A stretch of DNA of 64,000 nt from an uncultured Methylococcaceae bacterium (GCA_903857165.1 CAIODU010000219.1:5172-69171); one strand, 5' to 3'. Shown: positions 11,520-19,247, counted from the stretch's first letter. Numbers and translations are program-made. Notes: generated from the sequence alone by a model not told the origin.

Positions 11520-12382
11520 TGACGGCATCGACCGAATTTGCCTTGGCCCGCAAGGCATTTCACAAGCAATTGTTGGAAACCGTCCTGACACTCAGCGCCG
11601 CCGGGGTCGCCAGCAACGCCGACAAAGACAACCGGGCCAGTGTCGCGATAGCGGCAGGCATTGCCCGCCTGCTGGAAGCGGAAACCCAAGCCGAGCGCCT
11701 GGCCGGGCAAACCTCGGGCAACCGCTTTGAGGATGCCTGTGCGGGCTTCGTCCGTGGCACATTCAGCAAGCTCACCCACTTGCGACCCGGTTTGTGGGAT
11801 GTCCATCAGGTTACCGGGCGCAACCGCCTGGAAATTGCCAAATACGAGCAATTCGCCCATCTTGTCGCCTTGGACGAGGCCGCAAGGGCAAACCCGGCCT
11901 TGGCCGCAGCGCTAGGCAGCGATTACACCATCACGCCTGATGTGGTCGTCGTCCGCCACAGGGAACCGGACGATGCCATCAACGCAAATGCGCCGCTGGT
12001 GGATGGCAGCATTGCCCGTCATGCCAGCTTGCGCGAAGCCAGCGGCGGCGGGCCGCTGCTCCATGCCAGCATTTCCTGCAAATGGACTATCCGCAGTGAC
12101 CGCGCCCAGAACGCCCGATCCGAAGCCTTGAACTTGATCCGCAACCGCAAGGGGCATCTCCCTCATATCATGGTGGTGACAGCGGAACCGACACCCTCCC
12201 GCCTCGCCTCGATTGCCTTGGGCACCGGCGACATAGATTGCGTCTACCATTTTGCCCTGTACGAGTTGCAAGAATCCCTGCAACACTTGAACATGGACGA
12301 TGCCGCCGACATGCTGGCAGTGATGGTGGACGGCAAAAGGCTCAAAGACATATCCGATTTGCCGCTGGATTTGGCGGTTTGA
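11519..12382 (+). CDS. type II restriction endonuclease, NgoMIV family
   Basis: ATG at 11519 overlaps the MTase stop (TAATG). Long stretches match my memory of R.NgoMIV: PGQTSGN.FE, GRNRLEIAKYEQFAHL, AAALGSDYTITPDVVV, LLHASISCKWTIRSDRAQNARSEALNLIRNRKGHLPHIMVVTAEPTPSRLASIALGTGDIDCVYHFALYEL, KRLKDISDLPLDLAV. Confidence 0.8.
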   Translation: MTASTEFALARKAFHKQLLETVLTLSAAGVASNADKDNRASVAIAAGIARLLEAETQAERLAGQTSGNRFEDACAGFVRGTFSKLTHLRPGLWDVHQVTGRNRLEIAKYEQFAHLVALDEAARANPALAAALGSDYTITPDVVVVRHREPDDAINANAPLVDGSIARHASLREASGGGPLLHASISCKWTIRSDRAQNARSEALNLIRNRKGHLPHIMVVTAEPTPSRLASIALGTGDIDCVYHFALYELQESLQHLNMDDAADMLAVMVDGKRLKDISDLPLDLAV

Positions 12383-12489
12383 CAAGGCTAAAAGAACTTT
12401 GACTAAGGAATCATCCCCTTCAACAGGCTTGCCTTGTGCGGCTAGGATTGCAACAATCCCACTATTCATAACGATCAAAGGCCCAACTC

Positions 12490-13926
12490 ATGACTTCTCC
12501 TCAAGACACTTCTTCTTCAGAACTCCACGCCGAAGTCCTTGTCCTCGGTGGTGGCCCCGGCGGCTACACGGCTGCTTTCCGAGCGGCTGACCTGGGCAAA
12601 AAAGTCGTGCTGGTGGAGCGTTACCCGGTATTGGGCGGCGTCTGCCTCAATGTCGGCTGCATTCCGTCGAAGGCGCTGCTGCACCTCGCCCACGTCATCC
12701 ACAGTGCGGAAGAAGCGGCGGCTTTCGGGGTCAGTTTTGGTCACCCGGAAATCGACCTGGACAAGATACGCGATTGGAAAAACAACCGTGTAGTCAAAAT
12801 GCTGACCACAGGCCTAAGCGGCCTTGCCAAACAACGCCAAGTCACGGTGCTGACCGGCGAAGGGCGTTTCACCTCCGACAAAACTTTAAGCGTCACTGCG
12901 GCGGAAGGCGAAAAAACTGTCCGATTTGATAATGCCATCATTGCCGCCGGCTCCCAACCGACGAAGATTCCTGTCTTCCCCAATGATGACCCGCGCCTGA
13001 TGGACTCGACCGGCGCATTGGCACTGGCCGACATCCCCGGCAGGTTGCTAATTGTCGGCGGCGGCATCATCGGGCTGGAAATGGCGAATGTTTACCATGC
13101 ATTGGGTTCTAAAATCACCGTTGTCGAATTGATGGACCAACTCATCCCCGGTTGCGATGCGGACTTGGTCAAGCCTTTGCATCAGCGCATCGCCAAACAG
13201 TACGAGAATATTTTCCTGAAGGCCAAAGTGACTAAAATCGAGTCACAGGACGAAGGGCTGAAAGTCTATTTTGAAGGCGAAGGCGCACCGGAATCCGATG
13301 TGTTCGACCGCGTGTTGGTGGCGGTGGGCCGCAGACCCAACGGCAAGCTGATAGGCGCGGAAGCCGCCGGCGTGACGGTGAACGAGGCGGGTTTCATTCC
13401 GGTGGACGACCGCCAGCGCACCAACATCCCGCATATTTACGCCATCGGCGACATCGTCGGCAACCCGATGTTGGCGCACAAAGCCACCCATGAGGCCAAG
13501 GTCGCGGCGGAGGTCATTGCGGGCCATCATTCCGCGTTCCAAGCCCTGACCATCCCCTCCGTCGCCTACACCGACCCGGAACTGGCTTGGATGGGCATGA
13601 CCGAAACCGCCGCCAAGGCGCAGGGCATCGAATATGAAAAAGCCACTTTCCCCTGGGCGGCCAGTGGCCGCGCCTTGGGTACGGGCCGTCGCGAGGGCTT
13701 GACCAAGATTCTGGTGGACAAGGAAACCAAGCGCATCCTCGGTGCCGGCATCGTCGGACCCAACGCCGGCGAACTCATCGCCGAAGCGGTGTTGGCCTTG
13801 GAAATGGGTGCGGATGCGGAGGACATCAGTTTGACGATCCACCCCCACCCCACCCTGTCGGAAACCTTCGCGTTTGCGGCGGAGATGATCGAGGGTTCGA
13901 TTACGGATATTTATGTGAAGAAATAA
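12490..13926 (+). CDS. lpd: dihydrolipoyl dehydrogenase (E3)
   Basis: GGGPGGYTAAFRAADLG (FAD), redox-active GGVCLNVGCIPSKALL, GGGIIGLEMA (NAD), and C-terminal HPHPTLSE. Confidence 0.95.
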   Translation: MTSPQDTSSSELHAEVLVLGGGPGGYTAAFRAADLGKKVVLVERYPVLGGVCLNVGCIPSKALLHLAHVIHSAEEAAAFGVSFGHPEIDLDKIRDWKNNRVVKMLTTGLSGLAKQRQVTVLTGEGRFTSDKTLSVTAAEGEKTVRFDNAIIAAGSQPTKIPVFPNDDPRLMDSTGALALADIPGRLLIVGGGIIGLEMANVYHALGSKITVVELMDQLIPGCDADLVKPLHQRIAKQYENIFLKAKVTKIESQDEGLKVYFEGEGAPESDVFDRVLVAVGRRPNGKLIGAEAAGVTVNEAGFIPVDDRQRTNIPHIYAIGDIVGNPMLAHKATHEAKVAAEVIAGHHSAFQALTIPSVAYTDPELAWMGMTETAAKAQGIEYEKATFPWAASGRALGTGRREGLTKILVDKETKRILGAGIVGPNAGELIAEAVLALEMGADAEDISLTIHPHPTLSETFAFAAEMIEGSITDIYVKK

Positions 13927-13940
13927 ATCATCAACATAAG

Positions 13941-13977
13941 CAAGACCGACTCGGTTTTAAAAACCGAGTCGGTCTTG
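13941..13977 (+). terminator. perfect 17-bp stem hairpin downstream of lpd
   Basis: CAAGACCGACTCGGTTT-TAA-AAACCGAGTCGGTCTTG begins 15 nt after the lpd stop. Only a weak T-tract follows. Confidence 0.45.
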
Positions 13978-13998
13978 ATATCCTCCAAGGAAACCGTC

Positions 13999-14217
13999 AT
14001 GTTAAGAGAAATCATCCGTCCAACACAAAATCGTATCGTTTTGGAATTGCCGGACGAATATGTCAATCAAGACATCGAAGTTTTGGCGTTTCCTGTGTAT
14101 GAAGGGAAATCTATCACCCACCCGGCTGAGAACCAATACCCGTTGCGTGGGAAACCCTTGAGTTACCAACAACCTTTTGATGGCGTGGCCGTGGAAGATT
14201 GGGAGGTATTGCCTTGA
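13999..14217 (+). CDS. putative antitoxin partnered with the PIN toxin
   Basis: 72 aa from the ATG at 13999, with AAGGA 7 nt upstream. The track start at 13975 lies inside the lpd hairpin. The stop overlaps the toxin start (TTGA). No antitoxin family recognised. Confidence 0.55.
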   Translation: MLREIIRPTQNRIVLELPDEYVNQDIEVLAFPVYEGKSITHPAENQYPLRGKPLSYQQPFDGVAVEDWEVLP

Positions 14218-14609
14218 TAGTTCTGGACACCCACACATGGATTTGGTGGGTGCATGGCGATTCGCAATTACCTCAAACAGATGCCGATTTCATCAAGCGG
14301 CATGAATCGGATGCCATTGGCGTGAGTGCCATCTCCTGTTGGGAACTGGCAAAACTATATCAATATCAACGGATAAACCTACCCTGTGAGCTTTCCGAAT
14401 GGCTTGACTTGGCACTGAACTACCCCGGCCTTAGGCTGTTGCCTTTGACTCCTGCGATTGCGATGGAATCTACCCTCCTACCCGGTATCTTTCACCGTGA
14501 CCCCGCCGATCAAATCATTGTAGCAACGGCAAGAATCCATGACTGCCCCTTGGTGACACAGGATGCCAAGATACTGGCTTATCCTCATGTAAAGAAACCA
14601 GCTTCGTAG
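14214..14609 (+). CDS. vapC: PIN-domain ribonuclease toxin (VapC family)
   Basis: IVLDTHTWIWW..., SAISCWELA, DPADQIIVATARIHDCPLVTQD give the PIN acidic residues. The likely start is TTG at 14214, preceded by GGGAGG. Confidence 0.8.
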   Translation: MIVLDTHTWIWWVHGDSQLPQTDADFIKRHESDAIGVSAISCWELAKLYQYQRINLPCELSEWLDLALNYPGLRLLPLTPAIAMESTLLPGIFHRDPADQIIVATARIHDCPLVTQDAKILAYPHVKKPAS

Positions 14610-14643
14610 GTCGGGTTTGGCGCACACTGGGAAATTTATGCGC

Positions 14644-14739
14644 GGCGGGGATTGCAACCCCGCCGATAACGTTTCGTGCCAGCCCCAAAGCCAGAGGCAA
14701 GGCACAAAACGTTACGGACGGGATTACAAATCCCGTCCG
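14644..14739. repeat. three consecutive stem-loops downstream of vapC
   Basis: The three hairpins are GGCGGGGattgcaaCCCCGCC (14644-14664), TAACGTTTCGTGCC...GGCACAAAACGTTA (14667-14714) and CGGACGGGAttacaaaTCCCGTCCG (14715-14739). Confidence 0.5.
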
Positions 14740-14818
14740 GCTCCAGAACTGTTGGAGCAGGAAAACAGAAGGTCGGAATAATTTGGGTTCCGTTCCCTTT
14801 TCTATCGCATGGGCAAGC

Positions 14819-15040
14819 CTTCAGATGGCTTATGAGAGGCAAGCCATAACCTAAGATTGGCTGCATAAGGCTATGGAGAGGATTCATCAAGCAAACGAAA
14901 TCCTTCACAAGCCCAATGAGAAGCTTAATAAGTTAAATGAAAGGGTTTTCAAGCCAAACGATAGGGATCATCATTCATGTGAGAACCTTCACAAGGCCAT
15001 AGAAAGTGTTTATATGGCAAACGAGAGGCTTCACAAGCAG
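14819..15040 (+). repeat. degenerate tandem array of about 10.5 units of 21 nt
   Basis: Example units: CTTCAGATGGCTTATGAGAGG, CTGCATAAGGCTATGGAGAGG, CTTCACAAGCCCAATGAGAAG, CTTCACAAGGCCATAGAAAGT, GTTTATATGGCAAACGAGAGG. One frame reads as heptads (LHKxNEx) but is broken by a TAA at 14852-14854. Confidence 0.75.
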
Positions 15041-15107
15041 TAGGTCGGCATCCCCATGCCGACAACAGACTTGTTTATTCTTTGGCGGCAAAGGGTTGCC
15101 GCCCTAC
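15040..15107. repeat. REP doublet (REPIN) of the GTAGG-headed family
   Basis: GTAGGTCGGCATCCCCATGCCGAC, a 20-nt spacer, then GGCGGCAAAGGGTTGCCGCCCTAC. These are two inverted hairpins with GTAGG/CCTAC outer ends. Confidence 0.8.
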
Positions 15108-15139
15108 TACTAAACCTTTTGTGCGCCGTAACCCGATAG

Positions 15140-18124
15140 CTAAACAACAGGGGCAGAACACAACACCACACGGAAGCCGAGGTTGCAGTTGCGGTCGCCG
15201 GGTCGATACCCGAAGCGGACGGCACAACGGGCGCCGTCTTGAAGGCTGCGCCAAGAACCGCCCCGCACGACCCGGTCCGCTTCGCCTTCCATGCCCTTCC
15301 GTTCCGGCTGGTCATATTCATTCAAACACCATTCCCAGACATTGCCCGCCATATCCAGTGCGCCAAAGGGTGATCGGCCTTGCGGATATAGGCCGACCGC
15401 CGAAGTTTGCTTCAAATAGTGCGGCCCGGCATAGTCATAAGTTTCGTTGATGTTGGCATAGCCTAATTGGAACTGCCCCCAAGGAAACTCAAGCTTCTCA
15501 GTCCCTCGCGCCGCCTTCTCCCATTCCTGTTCGGTGGGCAGTCGGACCTCGCAACCTAAACCATATGAAAGCCAGCGACAAAAAGCCACCGCATCAAACC
15601 AACGCACTGTCTCACGCGGATGATTCGAGTAATCCCATGTTGGTTCTTCGGGCTGATCAAACCTTCTCGCCAATCCCTCCCACCACTGAGGGTTGCTGTA
15701 GCCTTCAGCATCGTCGATGAAGGCTTGAAACTGGCAATGGGTCACCGGATAACGGGCGATATGGAAGCCAGGTAGCGTCAGCATTTCCCCGTCTTGAAAG
15801 ATGAACGGCCCGGCGGGCACTTCCACCCAGTCAATATCGGGAATAGGTCGGCGAAGCTTGGAATCGTAACGCAAGGCGACACCGGGGCGATTGTCTAGTG
15901 GTACACCATCCAAAGTCAGCATAGCCAAAGCGCGACCGAAAGCGGCTCTGGCTTCGGGTTCCGGGTCACGCTCAAGATCGGTCAGTATCCAATCCTGCCG
16001 TAATTGCCCCAATGTTTCATTGGGTGTCAGTGCGCCACTATTGAGTATGCATTGCACGGTAACTTCGGGCTGTGCTTGTTTCAACCAGTCGATGACCGGC
16101 GTACAATTGGCGGCATAAAACCCGGCCAGTAGCACGGCGGATTCTTCCCAGCTTGTGCGTTCCCAAGCATTCGGCCAGCGTCTTTCCGCTGGTAATTCGC
16201 CGCGTTCTAAACGTGAACGCAGAACTCTTGCGGTGAAATACTCTTGCAGTAATTGGTGGGTGAAGCGCACCTCGCGCTCGCCCACGTCCAGCAGGCTGGC
16301 GGCGGAGGCACGATATAACAGGCTGTCTTCCACCCATTCGGCAGCGTCCGCCCGTGACAACACGGTGAAGGCTTCGGTGTTGTCGTACTTGGACTTTCGC
16401 CGGGATTGCAAGGCCCACGCCAGATTTTCCAATGCCGCCAACAGAGCCTCGCCTTCTGTTGTGGTGCGCCATTCCTCTGTGTCTTCTGCTAGATGTTCGC
16501 GTAGCAGCAGCACCTGTACGAAACCGTCGAACAACGAGGCCCGGTTGGCGGGCAATTCGCCTGAACCGATATACACTTGGGTCAACATGTACAGCAAATA
16601 GGGATTGCCGGCCAACCACATCAGGCTGCGCGGGTCATGCACCGCCTTGCGCCAAATCTGGTCTTGTCTACCGCTGGTATTATCATAAATATTCGGATCT
16701 GATTTTGGCACGTCCTGTGCCGACCAGAACAACGCCCAATCTGCCCCGGCTTTCTGCCAAACCCGCCACACCTCACGCACTGGGTCGCCGCCGGCCAGCC
16801 GCCAGAACAAATTCTCGCCGAGTTCCCTGCCCCTTTCCTGAATATCATGTTGAGCGTAGGGCGGCAATCCTTTGCCGCCATCAACTTCCGAGTTACATTC
16901 GTCGGCATTGGGATGCCGACCTACCAAACTGTTGTTTTGCGGCCCATTCACCCGGATTCCGCCAGAGGCTCCATCCGGGCTACTTTGCTCTATCGTCGCA
17001 CTCAGGTAAGCAGTGACAAAATCGAGGATACGCGGCGGGTCCAAGGGTCGGATGGTGACGGTGTCCAGCCCTAAATCCAATGCGCCGGTGTAGTCCAATT
17101 CGCGGCAACTCACCAATGCCGGCAAGTCTTTATTATTTTCCAAGAACGATTTGGCCAAGTCCGCTTTCGCCGCTCGATCAGTGAAGGGGACTTCGTTCAG
17201 CCCGTCCAGCAGCAACACGGTTCGCCGGGTTTTAAGCAGCGGCTCCAGATAATCGCCCAGTTCTCCTAATTCGCGCTCGACAAAGGCCTGGAGAGGCTCA
17301 TCAGACGTCCATTTGCCAAGCCGGATCAGCAGCGGCAACGGGGCCGACGGGTCGGCTAGCGCATGGTCTGCGGCGTCCCGCGCCAGCTTCCATAACGTAG
17401 TGGTTTTCCCCGCCCCCGGCTCGCCCAATAGCGCGGCACGGCGCACCTCGCCGAAGACCACCATAATATCGTCATAACTACGCGGCTGTTTTGGCGGCTC
17501 GTCGGCGTGGGCGGTGATCCGGCACAAATGGCGGAATTCCGGGCGCATGACCACAGAAGGCAAAGGGGCCGACGCTTGGCTTTTGGCACTCACCTTGGCG
17601 ACCCCGGCCATGGGTGTGTACAACTCGGTATGCACCAGTTCGCCCAACTGCAAACGGCGAAGATAGGCCAGTTCGGCTTGCCTTTGCTTGCTTTCGGTGG
17701 GTGTCGGGGTTATTACGGGTTTGGGCAACGAAGCCAACAAGCGGGTCAAGCCAGTGTCATAGTCAGGTTCAATCGGGATGGCTTGGCGGTCGGCCATGTA
17801 CCAAGGCAGTAGGCAGCCCTTGGTCAGCAGGGGAATGATGGGTTTGCCGAGTTGTTTCGCATGAAGGAATTCCAGCCGTACCCATTCGCTGCGGTTGGCG
17901 GCTTCCGTCACCAAGGTGACAACGGCATAAGCCCGTTCCAAGCCCTCGGCGATGGCTTTAATCCAAACCTCTCCGCCGGGGATGTCAGTGGTATCCAACC
18001 AACACGGATGGCCGGCCTGTTCCAAATCGTCCAGCAGCCGGTCCGCTATGGCGCGGTCGGTGCGGGAATAACTCAGAAATACCACCGGGCCAGTGGTGTT
18101 GGTTGGTCGGGCAGCAATTTTCAT
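15140..18124 (-). CDS. STAND NTPase: N-terminal TIR domain, NACHT P-loop NTPase, helical region, C-terminal FGE/SUMF1-fold (formylglycine-generating-enzyme-like) domain
   Basis: 994 aa. TIR: VVFLSYSRTDRAIADRLLDDLEQAGHPCWLD...NRSEWVRLEF, with the putative catalytic Glu at aa 85. Walker A is GEPGAGKT (aa 234-241) and Walker B is TVLLLDGLNE (aa 302-311). The FGE fold spans aa ~763-992 (RYPVTHCQFQAF, RLPTEQEWEKAARG, GALDMAGNVWEW, RVVRGGSW, LGFRVV). Confidence 0.9.
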   Translation of the reverse strand: MKIAARPTNTTGPVVFLSYSRTDRAIADRLLDDLEQAGHPCWLDTTDIPGGEVWIKAIAEGLERAYAVVTLVTEAANRSEWVRLEFLHAKQLGKPIIPLLTKGCLLPWYMADRQAIPIEPDYDTGLTRLLASLPKPVITPTPTESKQRQAELAYLRRLQLGELVHTELYTPMAGVAKVSAKSQASAPLPSVVMRPEFRHLCRITAHADEPPKQPRSYDDIMVVFGEVRRAALLGEPGAGKTTTLWKLARDAADHALADPSAPLPLLIRLGKWTSDEPLQAFVERELGELGDYLEPLLKTRRTVLLLDGLNEVPFTDRAAKADLAKSFLENNKDLPALVSCRELDYTGALDLGLDTVTIRPLDPPRILDFVTAYLSATIEQSSPDGASGGIRVNGPQNNSLVGRHPNADECNSEVDGGKGLPPYAQHDIQERGRELGENLFWRLAGGDPVREVWRVWQKAGADWALFWSAQDVPKSDPNIYDNTSGRQDQIWRKAVHDPRSLMWLAGNPYLLYMLTQVYIGSGELPANRASLFDGFVQVLLLREHLAEDTEEWRTTTEGEALLAALENLAWALQSRRKSKYDNTEAFTVLSRADAAEWVEDSLLYRASAASLLDVGEREVRFTHQLLQEYFTARVLRSRLERGELPAERRWPNAWERTSWEESAVLLAGFYAANCTPVIDWLKQAQPEVTVQCILNSGALTPNETLGQLRQDWILTDLERDPEPEARAAFGRALAMLTLDGVPLDNRPGVALRYDSKLRRPIPDIDWVEVPAGPFIFQDGEMLTLPGFHIARYPVTHCQFQAFIDDAEGYSNPQWWEGLARRFDQPEEPTWDYSNHPRETVRWFDAVAFCRWLSYGLGCEVRLPTEQEWEKAARGTEKLEFPWGQFQLGYANINETYDYAGPHYLKQTSAVGLYPQGRSPFGALDMAGNVWEWCLNEYDQPERKGMEGEADRVVRGGSWRSLQDGARCAVRFGYRPGDRNCNLGFRVVLCSAPVV
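16856..16924. repeat. REP doublet (REPIN) inserted in frame inside the TIR-NACHT coding sequence
   Basis: GTAGGGCGGCAATCCTTTGCCGCC, 21 nt, then GTCGGCATTGGGATGCCGACCTAC. The element is 69 nt, which equals codons 401-423 (VGRHPNADECNSEVDGGKGLPPY). It has the same architecture as the intergenic copy at 15040-15107. Confidence 0.85.
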
Positions 18125-18137
18125 GATGAGGCAAAAC

Positions 18138-18507
18138 GTTAAACTTTAGTCCGTCATTCCTGCCGGGAAGCAGGACAAATCGGCAGGATAGCCGATTTGC
18201 ACGGCTCCACCGCCCGAAGGGTGAGGGACAAGGATGTCCCGAATGCATCCTGTCAAAAGGGCGTGAAACTAGAGTTAGCCACTCACCTTTAATCACCGAT
18301 GTTACGCACTCGTCGGCAAAGGGTTGCCGACCTACGGCGGTTGTGGCCATTCCAGCCACCTAGACCGTAGGGCGGCAACCCTTTGCCGCCAACGGTTTAG
18401 GTTTGGCTGCGCGTAACATCAGTTAACCATGTATTCATGCATGGACAAGTTACCATCCATGGCACTGGATTCCGGCAGTCCATGCCGGAATGACGGCTTA
18501 ACTTTAC
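18138..18507. repeat. ~370-bp repeat-dense block bounded by ~21-bp imperfect inverted repeats
   Basis: GTTAAACTTTAGTCCGTCATTCC (18138-18160) pairs with GGAATGACGGCTTAACTTTAC (18487-18507). The interior contains several hairpins and the element at 18298-18420. Confidence 0.5.
18298..18420. mobile_element. MITE-like 123-bp element with 10-bp terminal inverted repeats
   Basis: GATGTTACGC...GCGTAACATC, followed by AGTTAA. The interior carries two GTAGG-family REPs (18312-18335 and 18367-18390). Confidence 0.5.
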
Positions 18508-18532
18508 AGCATCCATCTATTTTCCCCCATTA

Positions 18533-18991
18533 TCATCCCGAAAAATACCCCTCCAAATACTCCCTCCGAAAATCAAAAATCGCCTGTAACCGGGAACGGA
18601 CAAACAAGGCATGGACTACCCCGCCCAGCCAACCCCACGGCATGACATAATGGACGATGTCCTCCATTTCAACGCCGCCCTCCACTTCGCGAAACCGGTG
18701 CAGATGATGCCAGAAGCGGTAGGGGCCGAGGCGCTGCTCGTCAACAAACTGGCGCAAGCGTATCACATGCTTTATTTCGGTCACCCAAACCATCGGGATG
18801 CCGGCCACGGCGGCGATGCGGTAGGTGATGATTAGGCCGGGGTAAATTTCCTCGGGGACTGGCGAGGTGATGCGGAAGTTTAGAAACGCCGGGGTGATTT
18901 GTTCCAAGTTGGCGGGTGTGGAGAAAAACGGCCAAGCCTGTTCCAAGGTGATGGGCAACACCTGCCTGCGCGTCAGGGTGTATATCTTCAT
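18533..18991 (-). CDS. SRPBCC-fold (cyclase/dehydrase-like) protein
   Basis: MKIYTLTRRQVLPITLEQAWPFFSTPANLEQITP...FVDEQRLGPYRFWHHLHRF is typical of this small ligand-binding family. The start is taken at the ATG at 18991. Confidence 0.75.
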   Translation of the reverse strand: MKIYTLTRRQVLPITLEQAWPFFSTPANLEQITPAFLNFRITSPVPEEIYPGLIITYRIAAVAGIPMVWVTEIKHVIRLRQFVDEQRLGPYRFWHHLHRFREVEGGVEMEDIVHYVMPWGWLGGVVHALFVRSRLQAIFDFRREYLEGYFSG

Positions 18992-19086
18992 TATAAAAAG
19001 CCTTCTGTAACTACAGGGCAATGCTGTCGACACGCAACGTAGGCCGGAATAAGCCTGCCTCAGTGGGCGTTTCCGGCAAACTGACA

Positions 19087-19212
19087 GATGTTACGCAGTC
19101 GGGTGGATTAGATGCGCACAGTAACCCACGGATAACATCCCTTCAAGGGATGTTATCCGTACTTTCATGGCAACCCACCAACAACAGCCTGCAAGTGGCA
19201 TCGCGTAACATC
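19087..19212. mobile_element. second MITE-like element (126 bp) with the same termini
   Basis: GATGTTACGC...GCGTAACATC, followed by AGTTAA. The interior differs from the first copy and carries the GATAACATCCC palindrome. Confidence 0.5.
19128..19160. repeat. 33-nt perfect palindrome, same family as those flanking the RAYT gene
   Basis: ACGGATAACATCCCTTcAAGGGATGTTATCCGT. Confidence 0.8.
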
Positions 19213-19247
19213 AGTTAAGAACAAGACAAATTCAGCCAGGGTGGGAA

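Noticed and set aside
14819-15040. Possible CRISPR array, because of the regular short repeats.
   Set aside because: The units are contiguous with no unique spacers, they are degenerate rather than near-identical, and no cas genes are present.
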